The translations under genes were made by a program, and so were the position numbers. A stretch of DNA of 63,610 nucleotides, counting the filler, from Candidatus Woesearchaeota archaeon (GTDB taxonomy: Archaea; Nanobdellota; Nanobdellia; Woesearchaeales; GCA-2687795), in NCBI GenBank assembly GCA_030753365.1. It is 10 parts of 10 records of this genome, joined end to end, with 100 filler letters (N's around TTAATTAATTAA, not from the genome) between each part and the next. Parts side by side here need not be neighbours in the genome. Positions count along the whole stretch, not along the records: positions 32,522 to 41,311 come from JASMCJ010000005.1; positions 41,412 to 45,207 come from JASMCJ010000006.1; 8 more parts are not named here. One strand, 5' to 3'. Under the pieces are notes generated by a model. That model had not been told where the DNA came from. It searched no databases and saw nothing but the letters and a program-made list of their open reading frames with translations. This document shows, piece after piece, positions 33,012-43,010 of the stretch (its first letter is position 1; each line of letters starts with the position of its first letter).

Positions 33012-33168
33012 CTATATATATTCATGACTCAACTAGTATATAAATGTTACGTTTTAGTATACTGGTTTAGGGATATACCCAAAGCTATACTGCATTATTC
33101 TTGCGAATCAAGTCCTGAAAGCTCAACATACTAAAGAATTAACAAAATATTATTTATCTGCTAAAAAC

Positions 33169-35055
33169 CTAAACTTCCTCAAAAAACTCTTTAATAACCC
33201 TTTCATAATCTTTGCTCATCTTCATAGTCCACTCAGGAGGAAAACATTTAAGGTAAGTACTCCATGCATATCTTGTATCAAGAAAAGCAATAACTCCTAT
33301 ATCCGTCTCACTCCTTATACACCTTCCAGCGCTCTGCAGGCACTTAATAAAAGCAGGCAGCTTATACCCATAATCCCATCCCTTGCCAAACTTTTTATCA
33401 TAATACTTAATCAGCTCTTGAATCTGTAAATCTGGTGGCCTCAAAGGTAACCCCACAACAATAACACACTTAAGAAAATCTCCTATCAAATCAATACCCT
33501 CTGAAAAAGAGCCGGAATTAACCCCCAGCAGAACCGCTCCTGTATCCTTATAACCCTTAAACTCCTCAAGCAGCACAGTCTTCTCCTCCTTTGAAAGCAT
33601 CGGCCTCTCCAATAAAATATTTCTATTATTGCAAATTTGTGAAAAATAGTTATCAACCTTATCCCTCAGGCTATAACTAGGGAAAAAAATAATAGAATTG
33701 CCAGGCACATACTTAACCAATCCAGCGCATGCAGCAGCAATCTTCTTATACTCCTGTTCACACCTAAAGTTATACTTAGTCGTTGTCTCAGGAACAATAA
33801 GGTTAAGCCTATTCTCTGGAGGGAAAGGCGAATCATACTGCTTCTCAACAGTATCCTCTGGAAACCCTAAAATCTCCTTATACATAGAAGTAGGAGTCAT
33901 AGTTCCACTCATAACAATAGTCAAATAAGAATTATCCACTGCCTCCTTGCTCATCAATGAAGGGTCAAGGCAATTATACACAATCTCAGTAACCATCTTA
34001 CCCATAAAATTCCTTGCCCTGACAATCCTAACAAAACCTTCATCAGGTCCCTTCCATCCCTTAAGAAACTTGCCAATAGAGCCAACATAACTCTGCTTCT
34101 GCTCCTCCCTCACACCCTCACTTATAAACTCCATATCAGTAATAATCTCACTATACTCTCCTATCTCATTAATCTTATCAATAAACATCTGTCTATCCAG
34201 CAATCTTTCCTTTCCTGACTCCATATTCCCTGACAACTCTAATAGAATTTTCTGAATCCTTTTCAGGCATCTTGTCATATCTGTATGCCCATACTTCTTA
34301 GCCTCTGAAACAGCCCTGCTAATAATCCTTGAAGAAAGCTTCTGCGACAGCAGTTCCATCAATCTATTAGGCAGGTTATGCCCTTCATCCACAATAACAA
34401 TAGAATTCTCCAGGCTCTTCCCTGACTTCTTAAGAAAAATCTCTCTCACGCTCTCATTAAAAATATAATAATAATCAGCAACAACCACCTTTGACTTAGC
34501 AGCCAACTTCATGCTCATCTCATATGGGCAAAGCCTCTTCTCAGTGCAAACATCAATCAGCTTATCAACATGCATAGGCGAAAACTCCCTCAATTCATCA
34601 AGCGCCTGCTTTGCTTTCACTGAAAGCTTACTCTTATCATAAGTATTAGAATAAAACTCACACTTCTTCTCCTCCTTCTGGCTCTTGCAATAATCAGAAA
34701 ATTCATTAGAATAAAGCTCCTTAGTCCCAGGCACAGGGCACATCCACTTCTTCCCTATAATATCAGTAGCAACAATCTCAACATCATGCTTCTCCTTAAT
34801 CTGTCTCAAAGTCTCAATAGCAATTTGATGCTGCGTATGCCTTGACGTAAGAAAAAAAACATTAACATCCCTCTTCAAAGCAAAACTCAAAGCAGGACAA
34901 AGTGCCGCAACTGTCTTCCCCAACCCAGTAGGAGCATGGATAATCATACTCTTTTTATTTTCAACTGCATCCTTAATATCCTTAACAAGCTTATCCTGCT
35001 CAGCCCTAATCTTATCATAAGGAAAAAGAATATCTTTCTTAAATTTATCATCCAT
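33169..35055 (-). CDS. xpd: XPD/Rad3-family Fe-S DNA helicase
   Basis: APTGLGKT, Fe-S cysteines (MCP, YCK, KCEFY, LCPY), DEGHN, SGT, QSAGRCIRSETD; probable leaderless start at MDDK. Confidence 0.92.
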   Translation of the reverse strand: MDDKFKKDILFPYDKIRAEQDKLVKDIKDAVENKKSMIIHAPTGLGKTVAALCPALSFALKRDVNVFFLTSRHTQHQIAIETLRQIKEKHDVEIVATDIIGKKWMCPVPGTKELYSNEFSDYCKSQKEEKKCEFYSNTYDKSKLSVKAKQALDELREFSPMHVDKLIDVCTEKRLCPYEMSMKLAAKSKVVVADYYYIFNESVREIFLKKSGKSLENSIVIVDEGHNLPNRLMELLSQKLSSRIISRAVSEAKKYGHTDMTRCLKRIQKILLELSGNMESGKERLLDRQMFIDKINEIGEYSEIITDMEFISEGVREEQKQSYVGSIGKFLKGWKGPDEGFVRIVRARNFMGKMVTEIVYNCLDPSLMSKEAVDNSYLTIVMSGTMTPTSMYKEILGFPEDTVEKQYDSPFPPENRLNLIVPETTTKYNFRCEQEYKKIAAACAGLVKYVPGNSIIFFPSYSLRDKVDNYFSQICNNRNILLERPMLSKEEKTVLLEEFKGYKDTGAVLLGVNSGSFSEGIDLIGDFLKCVIVVGLPLRPPDLQIQELIKYYDKKFGKGWDYGYKLPAFIKCLQSAGRCIRSETDIGVIAFLDTRYAWSTYLKCFPPEWTMKMSKDYERVIKEFFEEV

Positions 35056-35095
35056 CAAAAAAAAGAAATAGAAGTTGGTTATAAAGATTGTTATT

Positions 35096-35274
35096 GAATA
35101 CAAATATTCCATCCAGTCTCCCAGAGGGATGCCAGAAATTCGAAGAATTTCTTAGCATTTGACTGGTGATCAGGAAGCAACTAATTACATTCGGAATATT
35201 TGTATTCTTAGAAACCCGACCGAGCGAAATGAGCAAGCAATTCCTTTATCTATGATGAGAGGTGTCGGGTTTCT
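35096..35274. other. Highly structured ~180-nt element overlapping the trpS 3' end (ncRNA or MITE-like)
   Basis: 15-bp perfect IR 35096-35110/35193-35207 enclosing nested stems; second 11-bp IR 35210-35220/35264-35274. Confidence 0.65.
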
Positions 35275-36385
35275 CTTGAACAAACTTATCCAAAACATTC
35301 CTTGCCTTCCCTCTCTTCTTCTCATGCTCAAAAAGAAACTTCCCCAGCTCATCACTAAGAATCTTCTTCAGCTCTCCGGTAAGCAATTTGCCTGATTTAT
35401 AATCCTTATAAACCTTCTCCAGCTTCTTATCATCCTCTTCAATAAAAGTAAGCCATTGATAAGAAACATCAACATCTGGGTTGCCACCCTTCTTCCTATG
35501 CTCTTCAACAGTAGCCTGCCCTCCTGAAAATGCATACTTATTAATCTTCTTCTTAACCTCTGTAGGAGAATCAGTCAATGCAACAAAAGACAAAGGGTCA
35601 GAAGCGCTCATCTTTCCACCCTTCAACCCAGGCATAAACCTATGATAAGTAGAACTAAGCTGTATGAACTTATGACCTTTAATCCTCTGCGAAATATCCC
35701 TTGCCAATCTAATATGAGGATCTTGGTCAATCCCAACAGGAATAAAAGTTGGAACAGGTCCTCCTTCAAACTCAGGCAATTGCGGATGCAGCATATCAGC
35801 CGCCTGCAACAAAGCAGCCAGCATCTTTCCCGGGCTAATCTCTCCATACACAGCCTTAAACTCATTAAACGTAGCATGGCCTGAAAGCAAATTCTGCAGC
35901 CTATAATACGCATTAGCCTTCTTAGAATCCTTTGCTCTATCACTCTGGAAATAAATCTCGCAATTCTCAGGCTTCAGCCCAAGCGCAATATAATTAAGCA
36001 CATATTCTTCAATCGCAATCTTCCTGCTCTCTTCAATAGACTGCCCTCTTGCAAGATAAGCCTCAACATCAGCAACCGCAATATACAGCTTAGCCCCTAA
36101 CTTCTGATAAAAAATCATCTGCTGCGCAAGAATCATATGCCCAATATGAAACCTTCCTGTAGGCATAAGCCCAGTCATCATCACAAACTTCTTCTTACTC
36201 TTCACAGCCTCAAGAATTCTCTGAATATCCCTATGCGCAAACACAATATTTCTTCTAAACAAAAGATTCTTATTAAACACAGCAGGCAGCTCTCTCATAG
36301 GAGACACACCAAACTCCTTCACAAGCTTATCATAATCAATATCTCCCTTAACTTCCCAAGGTGTAACTACAGCTTTCTTTGCCAT
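35246..36385 (-). CDS. trpS: Tryptophan--tRNA ligase (archaeal type)
   Basis: VTPWEV, HIGH, GIDQDPH, KMSAS, KYAFSGG. Confidence 0.96.
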   Translation of the reverse strand: MAKKAVVTPWEVKGDIDYDKLVKEFGVSPMRELPAVFNKNLLFRRNIVFAHRDIQRILEAVKSKKKFVMMTGLMPTGRFHIGHMILAQQMIFYQKLGAKLYIAVADVEAYLARGQSIEESRKIAIEEYVLNYIALGLKPENCEIYFQSDRAKDSKKANAYYRLQNLLSGHATFNEFKAVYGEISPGKMLAALLQAADMLHPQLPEFEGGPVPTFIPVGIDQDPHIRLARDISQRIKGHKFIQLSSTYHRFMPGLKGGKMSASDPLSFVALTDSPTEVKKKINKYAFSGGQATVEEHRKKGGNPDVDVSYQWLTFIEEDDKKLEKVYKDYKSGKLLTGELKKILSDELGKFLFEHEKKRGKARNVLDKFVQEKPDTSHHR

Positions 36386-36445
36386 AAGAATAATTAGAAT
36401 AAGTTATTATAAAAATGTTTTGAAATCATAATTAAAAATAAAAAA

Positions 36446-36727
36446 TTATTCTCCTTCTCCATCCTCATCTTCAGGACTGTAAGAAGGTACTGCTGCCTTG
36501 GATATAATAACAATATCACCAATAGACTTAACAAGCTGGTGAGGCACTATAACACCCTTTGCTGAACCTAAAACCTTGTTCAGGAAAGAATTCTTAGTAG
36601 ACCTAACTCTCCACCCAAAAACCTTATTTTGTGTTAAAATAGTCTCCTCAACATCACCAAAATACTCTCCAGTATCAGTAAAAACCTTCATATCATAAGT
36701 TTCAGAAATTCTTTTCATTTTAAGCAT
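36446..36727 (-). CDS. PRC-barrel protein (CdpB-like, archaeal FtsZ division accessory)
   Basis: MKVFTDTGEYFGDVEE, VIVPHQLVKSIGDIVII. Confidence 0.8.
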   Translation of the reverse strand: MLKMKRISETYDMKVFTDTGEYFGDVEETILTQNKVFGWRVRSTKNSFLNKVLGSAKGVIVPHQLVKSIGDIVIISKAAVPSYSPEDEDGEGE

Positions 36728-36794
36728 TTTAAACCCACCTCATATTTATAAAATTAATAGACTATATTTTATATATAAAACTATCGGAAGATTA

Positions 36795-37181
36795 CTACTT
36801 CTTAACTGCTTTCTTTTCAACTATCTCTTTCTCAGAACTCTTCTTCTCTATCTCTTTCCCTTTACTAGGTGCTGCCTTTTCCTTGCTTTTTCTGCTCTTT
36901 TTAGGCCTTTCTTTGCTTTCTTTTGGCTTTGTAACTCTTGTTTCCAGCCCAATCTCCTTAAAAGCCTTTGTCACATCCTCATGAGAAGCATTCTTTTCTA
37001 TCTTAATAACCTTCTCTAAAGGCTCAAGATGCGCTATATTGCATTTTCTTCTCCTTGTAGCGCCATCTATAAGAACATGGTTCTTGTCTAATGTATCCAC
37101 TATTACAGCCTTTTTCCCTGCATCTCTGCCGGCTGTCTTTACAACAACTCTTCCAATCTCATTTAATACCATCTTAACCAA
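36795..37181 (-). CDS. rpl14e: 50S ribosomal protein L14e with K/E tail
   Basis: EIGRVVVKTAGRDAGKKAVIVD, RRRKCNIAHLEP. Confidence 0.95.
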   Translation of the reverse strand: MVKMVLNEIGRVVVKTAGRDAGKKAVIVDTLDKNHVLIDGATRRRKCNIAHLEPLEKVIKIEKNASHEDVTKAFKEIGLETRVTKPKESKERPKKSRKSKEKAAPSKGKEIEKKSSEKEIVEKKAVKK

Positions 37182-37229
37182 AGGAATATGGCATAGGTTT
37201 AAAAATCTTACTGTAAATACTACTATTAT

Positions 37230-38024
37230 ATGAAAAACAAGATATCAATCACCATTGACATCAAAACCCTAAACAAAGTAGACAGCATTGTAGACAATGT
37301 CTATATTAGGAACAGGAGTCAGGCAATTGAGCATTTAATAGACAATGCTCTTGGAGAAAACAGGACAGCGGTGATTCTATCTGGTGGTGATATTGAAAAA
37401 TTAAGAATATCAGATAATGACTATAGGCCCACTGCTAATGTAAAAAACAGCACGATTATTGGCCTTGCTATCAAGAAACTAAGAGAAAATGGCTTCAAAA
37501 ACATTCTTATAGTAGCTCAAAAGGTTATATTAAACAAAATATTTGAGCTATTCGGCGATGGCTCTTCTGAAGGAGTGAAAATAAGCTACATTGAAGAAAA
37601 ACATTCAAGAGGCACAGCATACTCATTAGGCTTATTAAGAGGCAAAATAAAAACAAACTTTCTCGTAGCCTATGGCGACATAATATTCACTAAGATAAAT
37701 ATAGATGAACTCTGGAAAGATCATCTTAAACACAATGCAGTCTCCACTCTAGTCTTAACAACCTCTTCAAAACCTTCTGAAAAAGGCACTCTTACAATGG
37801 AAGGCAGTAAAATCCTCAAATTCACCCAAAAGCCCAAAAAATCAGACATTTATCTTGTCTTCTCTCCTATCTTTGTTGCAGAGCCTGATATCTTTAACTA
37901 CTTTGGAGACAGCCTTGAAGAAAACATCTTTCCTGAATTAGCAGAAAAAGGCCTGCTAAACGGTCATATGAGCTCTGAAAAAGAAATACATATCCATAAA
38001 AAAGAAGATTTGAAGAAAATATAA
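37230..38024 (+). CDS. Ribbon-helix-helix + sugar-phosphate nucleotidyltransferase-like fusion
   Basis: N-terminal KISITID...NRSQAIE (RHH); AVILSGG, GTA, FLVAYGD (NTP_transferase fold). Confidence 0.75.
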   Translation: MKNKISITIDIKTLNKVDSIVDNVYIRNRSQAIEHLIDNALGENRTAVILSGGDIEKLRISDNDYRPTANVKNSTIIGLAIKKLRENGFKNILIVAQKVILNKIFELFGDGSSEGVKISYIEEKHSRGTAYSLGLLRGKIKTNFLVAYGDIIFTKINIDELWKDHLKHNAVSTLVLTTSSKPSEKGTLTMEGSKILKFTQKPKKSDIYLVFSPIFVAEPDIFNYFGDSLEENIFPELAEKGLLNGHMSSEKEIHIHKKEDLKKI

Positions 38025-38028
38025 CTTC

Positions 38029-39708
38029 TTACGGATCCAAAATAGCGCTAATATTAACGCATTCTCCTCCAACACAATTAACCCCTGATGTAAAATTAAA
38101 CAGAAGATTTCTTCCTGTATTAAAGCTAATATTAGTTGGGGCAATAAGATAAGGCTGCAAAGTACCCCATGCAATCGTCCAGTTACTAGAATTAGTGCTT
38201 GACAAAGTGGAAACATCATTGCATGTGACCGTTAAATTCCATACACCACTATCAGCAAAAACATGGCCTGACGTATTGTATGTAAACCAGTCTGCTGTTG
38301 TGTAATTGTAGTTAGAAGAATTAATAGTAACGTTATTGTCAGGAATATTCTTTAGAGTATACGTCAAATTAATCTCATTAGTATCTGTGCAGTTAGCTCT
38401 AACATGAGTTAAATTATGCCCATAAAGAAGAGATGTGCAATCCATCCATGAAGATATACTATCATTGCTGCATTCTATCTTGTTTATTAAAGGAGGTATT
38501 GTATCCAAGATAATTATTCTGGTAGCTGTTGAATTCGTATTATTTGCATCATCCATATGCGTAACATTATAATAATAAATCATATCAGAGTTTAAACTTG
38601 TAAAGTTAATGAAGGTAGTGCTATCCGTATAATTAGTATTATTAACTAAACCAGAAGTATTGTATAAATAAAACCTTGTCACATTCATGTTAGTTTCTGT
38701 TAATGAAACATTAACAAAAACCCAGTCCCTGTTAAAATATGTATTATTATCCTCTGTGCCTCCTGCAAAACTAATTGACGGGAAAGTAGGGTCAATAGTA
38801 AAAGTTCTTGTTTCTGAAGAAATATTAATGTTAAATGCTCCGTCCCAGCAGGTAACATTCCATAAATAAATGTCATCATTAAACCCTGTAATCGTATAGT
38901 TAGCGGCAGTATCATTAGTAGTTGCAACCTCTGACTGGTTAACCGTTCCATCAACAGTTATATTGCAGGTAATATTAGCATCCATGTTATCAGTAGATGT
39001 CCAGTTGAAGTCAACAAATGAAGAATTAATATAAGCGTCATTATTAGGCAGGTTTAGTGTGATTGATGGCTCTATAGAATCCAAAGTGATCTTTCTTGTA
39101 TCAGTAGAAGCTCTCAGGTTTAGGTAATCTATAATAGTAACATTATAGAAATATATCTGGTTAGTGTTAAGGTTAGTAAAATTAAAGCTTCTATTGCCTG
39201 TTTCAAAGGTTGTGATATTTAATGAGCCTGTTGAGTTATACAAATAAAATGTTATATTAGCTTCAGTATCATCATAAGCTGTTACGTTTATGTATACCCA
39301 AGTCCTGTTAACAAACGTATTATCCTGCTCTGTGCCTCCTGCATATTCTATTGATGGCACTGAGCTGTCTAAGATAATTGTTCTTGTTTCAGTTGAGTTG
39401 CATAAGCCTGCTAAATCACATATAGATGCTTGGTATGTGTATGTTGCCTCTGCAAGGCTGCTCTGATTGCTTATAAGCCCCCATTGGTTATTGGTTAGTT
39501 TGTATATACTTGCAAACTGCAGTTGACTTATTTCTGCTGCAGAAAGGCTCTTGTTATAAATTCTAACCTCATCAATAGTACCATTAAAAAAGCTTCCAAT
39601 CTTCCCTCCAATAGTCAATCCATAAACTATCTGCATAGAAAGCAGCATGACTAATATGAAGATGCTTACTTTGCTATGGTTTGTGGTTTTCATTGTTTTT
39701 TGATTCAA
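38029..39708 (-). CDS. Secreted surface glycoprotein (partial LamG + Ig-like repeats)
   Basis: Signal peptide, FNGTIDEVRIYN, repeated ETRTI.LD..PSI modules, many sequons. Confidence 0.75.
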   Translation of the reverse strand: MNQKTMKTTNHSKVSIFILVMLLSMQIVYGLTIGGKIGSFFNGTIDEVRIYNKSLSAAEISQLQFASIYKLTNNQWGLISNQSSLAEATYTYQASICDLAGLCNSTETRTIILDSSVPSIEYAGGTEQDNTFVNRTWVYINVTAYDDTEANITFYLYNSTGSLNITTFETGNRSFNFTNLNTNQIYFYNVTIIDYLNLRASTDTRKITLDSIEPSITLNLPNNDAYINSSFVDFNWTSTDNMDANITCNITVDGTVNQSEVATTNDTAANYTITGFNDDIYLWNVTCWDGAFNINISSETRTFTIDPTFPSISFAGGTEDNNTYFNRDWVFVNVSLTETNMNVTRFYLYNTSGLVNNTNYTDSTTFINFTSLNSDMIYYYNVTHMDDANNTNSTATRIIILDTIPPLINKIECSNDSISSWMDCTSLLYGHNLTHVRANCTDTNEINLTYTLKNIPDNNVTINSSNYNYTTADWFTYNTSGHVFADSGVWNLTVTCNDVSTLSSTNSSNWTIAWGTLQPYLIAPTNISFNTGRNLLFNFTSGVNCVGGECVNISAILDP

Positions 39709-39745
39709 TTTTTACTTGTTGCTGGCAACTTGATATGATATTCTC

Positions 39746-41311
39746 CTAGCTAACCCTTAGTTCAGAGCCGGATTTAATGAACACCCGGTCACCTGTTGTG
39801 TTAAGTTCTAAGCCGCTGCATGTTACATTTGCATTATTATCAAGGTAAAGTTTTCCTCCTGCATTGATGGTAATCTTTCCTGTGCCTAAAGACCTGTCTA
39901 AATTTGAACATAAGGTAGGTTGAGTAATTATCCAATCCTGATCAGTTTGTGGATTACAATCAACAATATCAACAGTTGAACTCATGTCCTGAATCTCATA
40001 ATCTGTATTATTACATCTTATTGACCAGTTATATGTATCTGCTGAAGTAAAGGTTCTGTTGTAATAATAAAGTCCCACACTCCTATTATACCACATTGCC
40101 TGCCATACATCTGTATCATTAAAGTAAATGTAACATGGCAGAATCATTTCATAAACATTAACATTTCCGTCATCATCTATGGTTATAATTTCATTTAGAT
40201 TATCATTATCAAAATCAGCTATATCAGTACCTTGTCCAGAGCCAGAAGGTTGTCCATATGAGCTTCCAGTGGTATAATTTAATATTAAGCCGCCTGTTCT
40301 ATTCAGAACCCAAACATTTCCATCAGAAAAATATCCAGCTATTATTTCAATTTCATTATCATTGTCGATATCACCGATAGAAAGAGACGTAAGATAATTA
40401 CTTGGTGGAGTAAACTCCCAGAGATTTCCACTAGGAAATCCAGAAAGACCATCATCAAATGCAAAGATAGAAGCATCATCACCTGCCACTATTTCATTAG
40501 CAATTCCGTCACCATCAAGGTCTGCTGTTTCCACCTCATATACTCTTCCATTAGGACCTGTAAAATATACAACCCGGTTACTTGCATCATCCACCACTTC
40601 TACATAACCATCTCCACCTATAACCATAGCATCCTCAATTCCATCTCCATCATGATCAATCCCTGCCATGTCCCTGGACTGCGAGTCCCATGATTCTAAT
40701 ATACCACCTGTTTCATTAAACACATTTGCAGGACCACCATTTCGTCCAGCTGCAACATCATCCTTAATCCCATCTCCATCCCAATCAACCAATGCAATAT
40801 CGTTAACATCACCTGTAAAAGCAGTAGAGTTCCATAATTGAACCCATCCTGTACCATTGGTAGTGTTATAAGCAATAATACCATAATTACTGCCACCAAA
40901 CCTTATGCTAAACACAAGATCATCTTCTAATCCATCTGAATCAAGGTCACCAGATTCAATAACATAACTTCTATCACCAAGATCAGGGCTCTCCCATGTA
41001 ATATTTCCTGATGCATTATAAACATAAACAATCCCATCTCCTGCCAGAACTGCAACATCATCCTCAAATCCATCATTATCAAAGTCTCCTGAAATGTTGA
41101 GGTTGGAGACGTTCATGTTTCCATTGACTTCCAGTTTGTGGTTTGGAGTTGTTGTCCCGATGCCTACTTTGCCTCCCATAAACGCTGCAGTAGTTCCAGA
41201 GCCGTTCACCTGCAGCTTAGCCTGAGGATTGGTGTCGTTGATACCTACGTTGCCTGTTCCCAAATCCATAACTAAAATATCATCTGAAATAACACTTAAA
41301 CCATTATCAGA
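39746..41311 (-). CDS. Surface protein with FG-GAP/VCBS repeats (5'-truncated)
   Basis: Seven or so D(F/L/W/I/H)DxD(G/N) repeats; N-terminal GNVGI...P..KL.VNG repeats. Confidence 0.75.
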   Translation of the reverse strand, partial: SDNGLSVISDDILVMDLGTGNVGINDTNPQAKLQVNGSGTTAAFMGGKVGIGTTTPNHKLEVNGNMNVSNLNISGDFDNDGFEDDVAVLAGDGIVYVYNASGNITWESPDLGDRSYVIESGDLDSDGLEDDLVFSIRFGGSNYGIIAYNTTNGTGWVQLWNSTAFTGDVNDIALVDWDGDGIKDDVAAGRNGGPANVFNETGGILESWDSQSRDMAGIDHDGDGIEDAMVIGGDGYVEVVDDASNRVVYFTGPNGRVYEVETADLDGDGIANEIVAGDDASIFAFDDGLSGFPSGNLWEFTPPSNYLTSLSIGDIDNDNEIEIIAGYFSDGNVWVLNRTGGLILNYTTGSSYGQPSGSGQGTDIADFDNDNLNEIITIDDDGNVNVYEMILPCYIYFNDTDVWQAMWYNRSVGLYYYNRTFTSADTYNWSIRCNNTDYEIQDMSSTVDIVDCNPQTDQDWIITQPTLCSNLDRSLGTGKITINAGGKLYLDNNANVTCSGLELNTTGDRVFIKSGSELRVS

Positions 41312-41442
41312 NNNNNNNNNNNNNNNNNNNNNNNNNNNNNNNNNNNNNNNNNNNNTTAATTAATTAANNNNNNNNNNNNNNNNNNNNNNNNNNNNNNNNN
41401 NNNNNNNNNNNAAATGTCCATACAAAAGAGCTTCTACTTACC

Positions 41443-42909
41443 CTATGAACTTTTGGAGGTAATAATCTTCCCAAAACCTTCCAGCTTCTCTCCATCCAAC
41501 AGCTTTCTTAGAATGTCTTTTAACTCTTTAATCTTAACCCTAATCTGCTTAGTAGTATCCCTTGACCTGATAGTAACTTGCTTATCTTTCAGGCTGTCAA
41601 AGTCAAACGTAACACAAAAGGGAATACCTATCTCATCAGACCTTGCATATCTCTTCCCCACAGAGCCGGCAGTATCAAACTGGCACATAAAATCATTCTT
41701 CAGTAAATCATAAATTTTTCTTCCATTATCTTTAAGCTTTGTGGCCAGAGGGAAGATTCCTATCTTAACAGGAGCAAGCTTAGAATGCAGTTTCAAAACA
41801 ATATTACCTCTCTTCTTATCATAATTATAAGCATCAAAGAGGAATACAAGCATTGCCCTTTCAACGCCCTGAGATGGCTCAGCAACAACGTGAGGAACTA
41901 CTTTCTTGTTTGAATCATTATCAAATAGGCTTAAATCAGTTTTAGATACCTTAATATGCTGTTGTAAATCAAAATCTGTCCTGTTTGCCATGCCCTGCAA
42001 TTCTTTCCAGCCAAAGGGAAATTTATAATCAAGGTCCCATGTGTCCAAAGCATAATGGCTAAGTTCTTCAGCTACATGCTGCCTTATCCTGAAGTTGTCA
42101 GGATTAGCTCCTAAGTCAACAAACCATTTATGTTCAGTTGCTAACCAATAAGCATGCCATTCTGTCTTAATAATTTTCTTCTCTAATGCTTTCTTCATTG
42201 TCATCTTGACAGCATCCTTGTCTTTCTTTTGTAGTTCTGCTGATAAGACATTGATTTCATAATCAAGGACATCTTTAATATAAGGACATTTTTTGATTTT
42301 ATCAGGGTGCACAAAATATTCAATCTCCATCTGCTCAAATTCTCTGCTTCTGAAGAGAAAGTCTCTTGGAGATATCTCATTCCTGAAAGCCTTGCCAATC
42401 TGCGCAATTCCAAAAGGAAGCTTCATTCTTGCATTCTCTGCAACAAGCCTGAAATCAGCGAACATTAGCTGTGCAGTCTCTGGCCTTAGATAAGAAACAT
42501 TGCCTTCTACAGGTCCAACGTTTGTCTTGAACATAAGATTAAGGTCTCCAACAACATCGTACTCTCCACCACACTCGCATTTGACCTTTCCAATTTCATT
42601 CTTGTCAAGCTTATTATCTTTCTTGCATTCTTTGCATCTAACATAAACATCAGAAAAATTATCAATATGGCCTGAAGCTTTCCATACGTTAGGATTGGTT
42701 ATAATGCTTCCGTCTATGCCTACAATGTCTTCCCTGCTCTGAACATGGAACTTCCACCATTCTTTCTTAATATTGTTCTTAAATTCCACACCTAATGGCC
42801 CAAAGTCCCAGAATCCAGCTAATCCTCCATAGATTTCTCCACTAGGATAGACTAAACCTTTCTTCTTGCAGAAGGTTGCCATGTCAAGAATAGATATTTT
42901 GTCTGCCAT
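41443..42909 (-). CDS. glyS: Glycine--tRNA ligase (alpha2 type)
   Basis: EIYGG, YLRPETAQ, FRNEISPR, REFEQMEIE, EPSQGVER. Confidence 0.96.
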   Translation of the reverse strand: MADKISILDMATFCKKKGLVYPSGEIYGGLAGFWDFGPLGVEFKNNIKKEWWKFHVQSREDIVGIDGSIITNPNVWKASGHIDNFSDVYVRCKECKKDNKLDKNEIGKVKCECGGEYDVVGDLNLMFKTNVGPVEGNVSYLRPETAQLMFADFRLVAENARMKLPFGIAQIGKAFRNEISPRDFLFRSREFEQMEIEYFVHPDKIKKCPYIKDVLDYEINVLSAELQKKDKDAVKMTMKKALEKKIIKTEWHAYWLATEHKWFVDLGANPDNFRIRQHVAEELSHYALDTWDLDYKFPFGWKELQGMANRTDFDLQQHIKVSKTDLSLFDNDSNKKVVPHVVAEPSQGVERAMLVFLFDAYNYDKKRGNIVLKLHSKLAPVKIGIFPLATKLKDNGRKIYDLLKNDFMCQFDTAGSVGKRYARSDEIGIPFCVTFDFDSLKDKQVTIRSRDTTKQIRVKIKELKDILRKLLDGEKLEGFGKIITSKSS

Positions 42910-43010
42910 AGAAGACAGATAAGGGGATTAGCTTATAATATTTTCTTTTTTAGTGTATTTTTCTAAAAACGTTAGAATAAGATTAATAAAAATAAGAAAT
43001 AGAAAAGAGT

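Noticed and set aside
35205..35274. Hammerhead ribozyme or C/D-box sRNA (GAAAC and ATGATGA present)
   Set aside because: No CUGANGA core in the right stem context and no suitably placed CUGA D box
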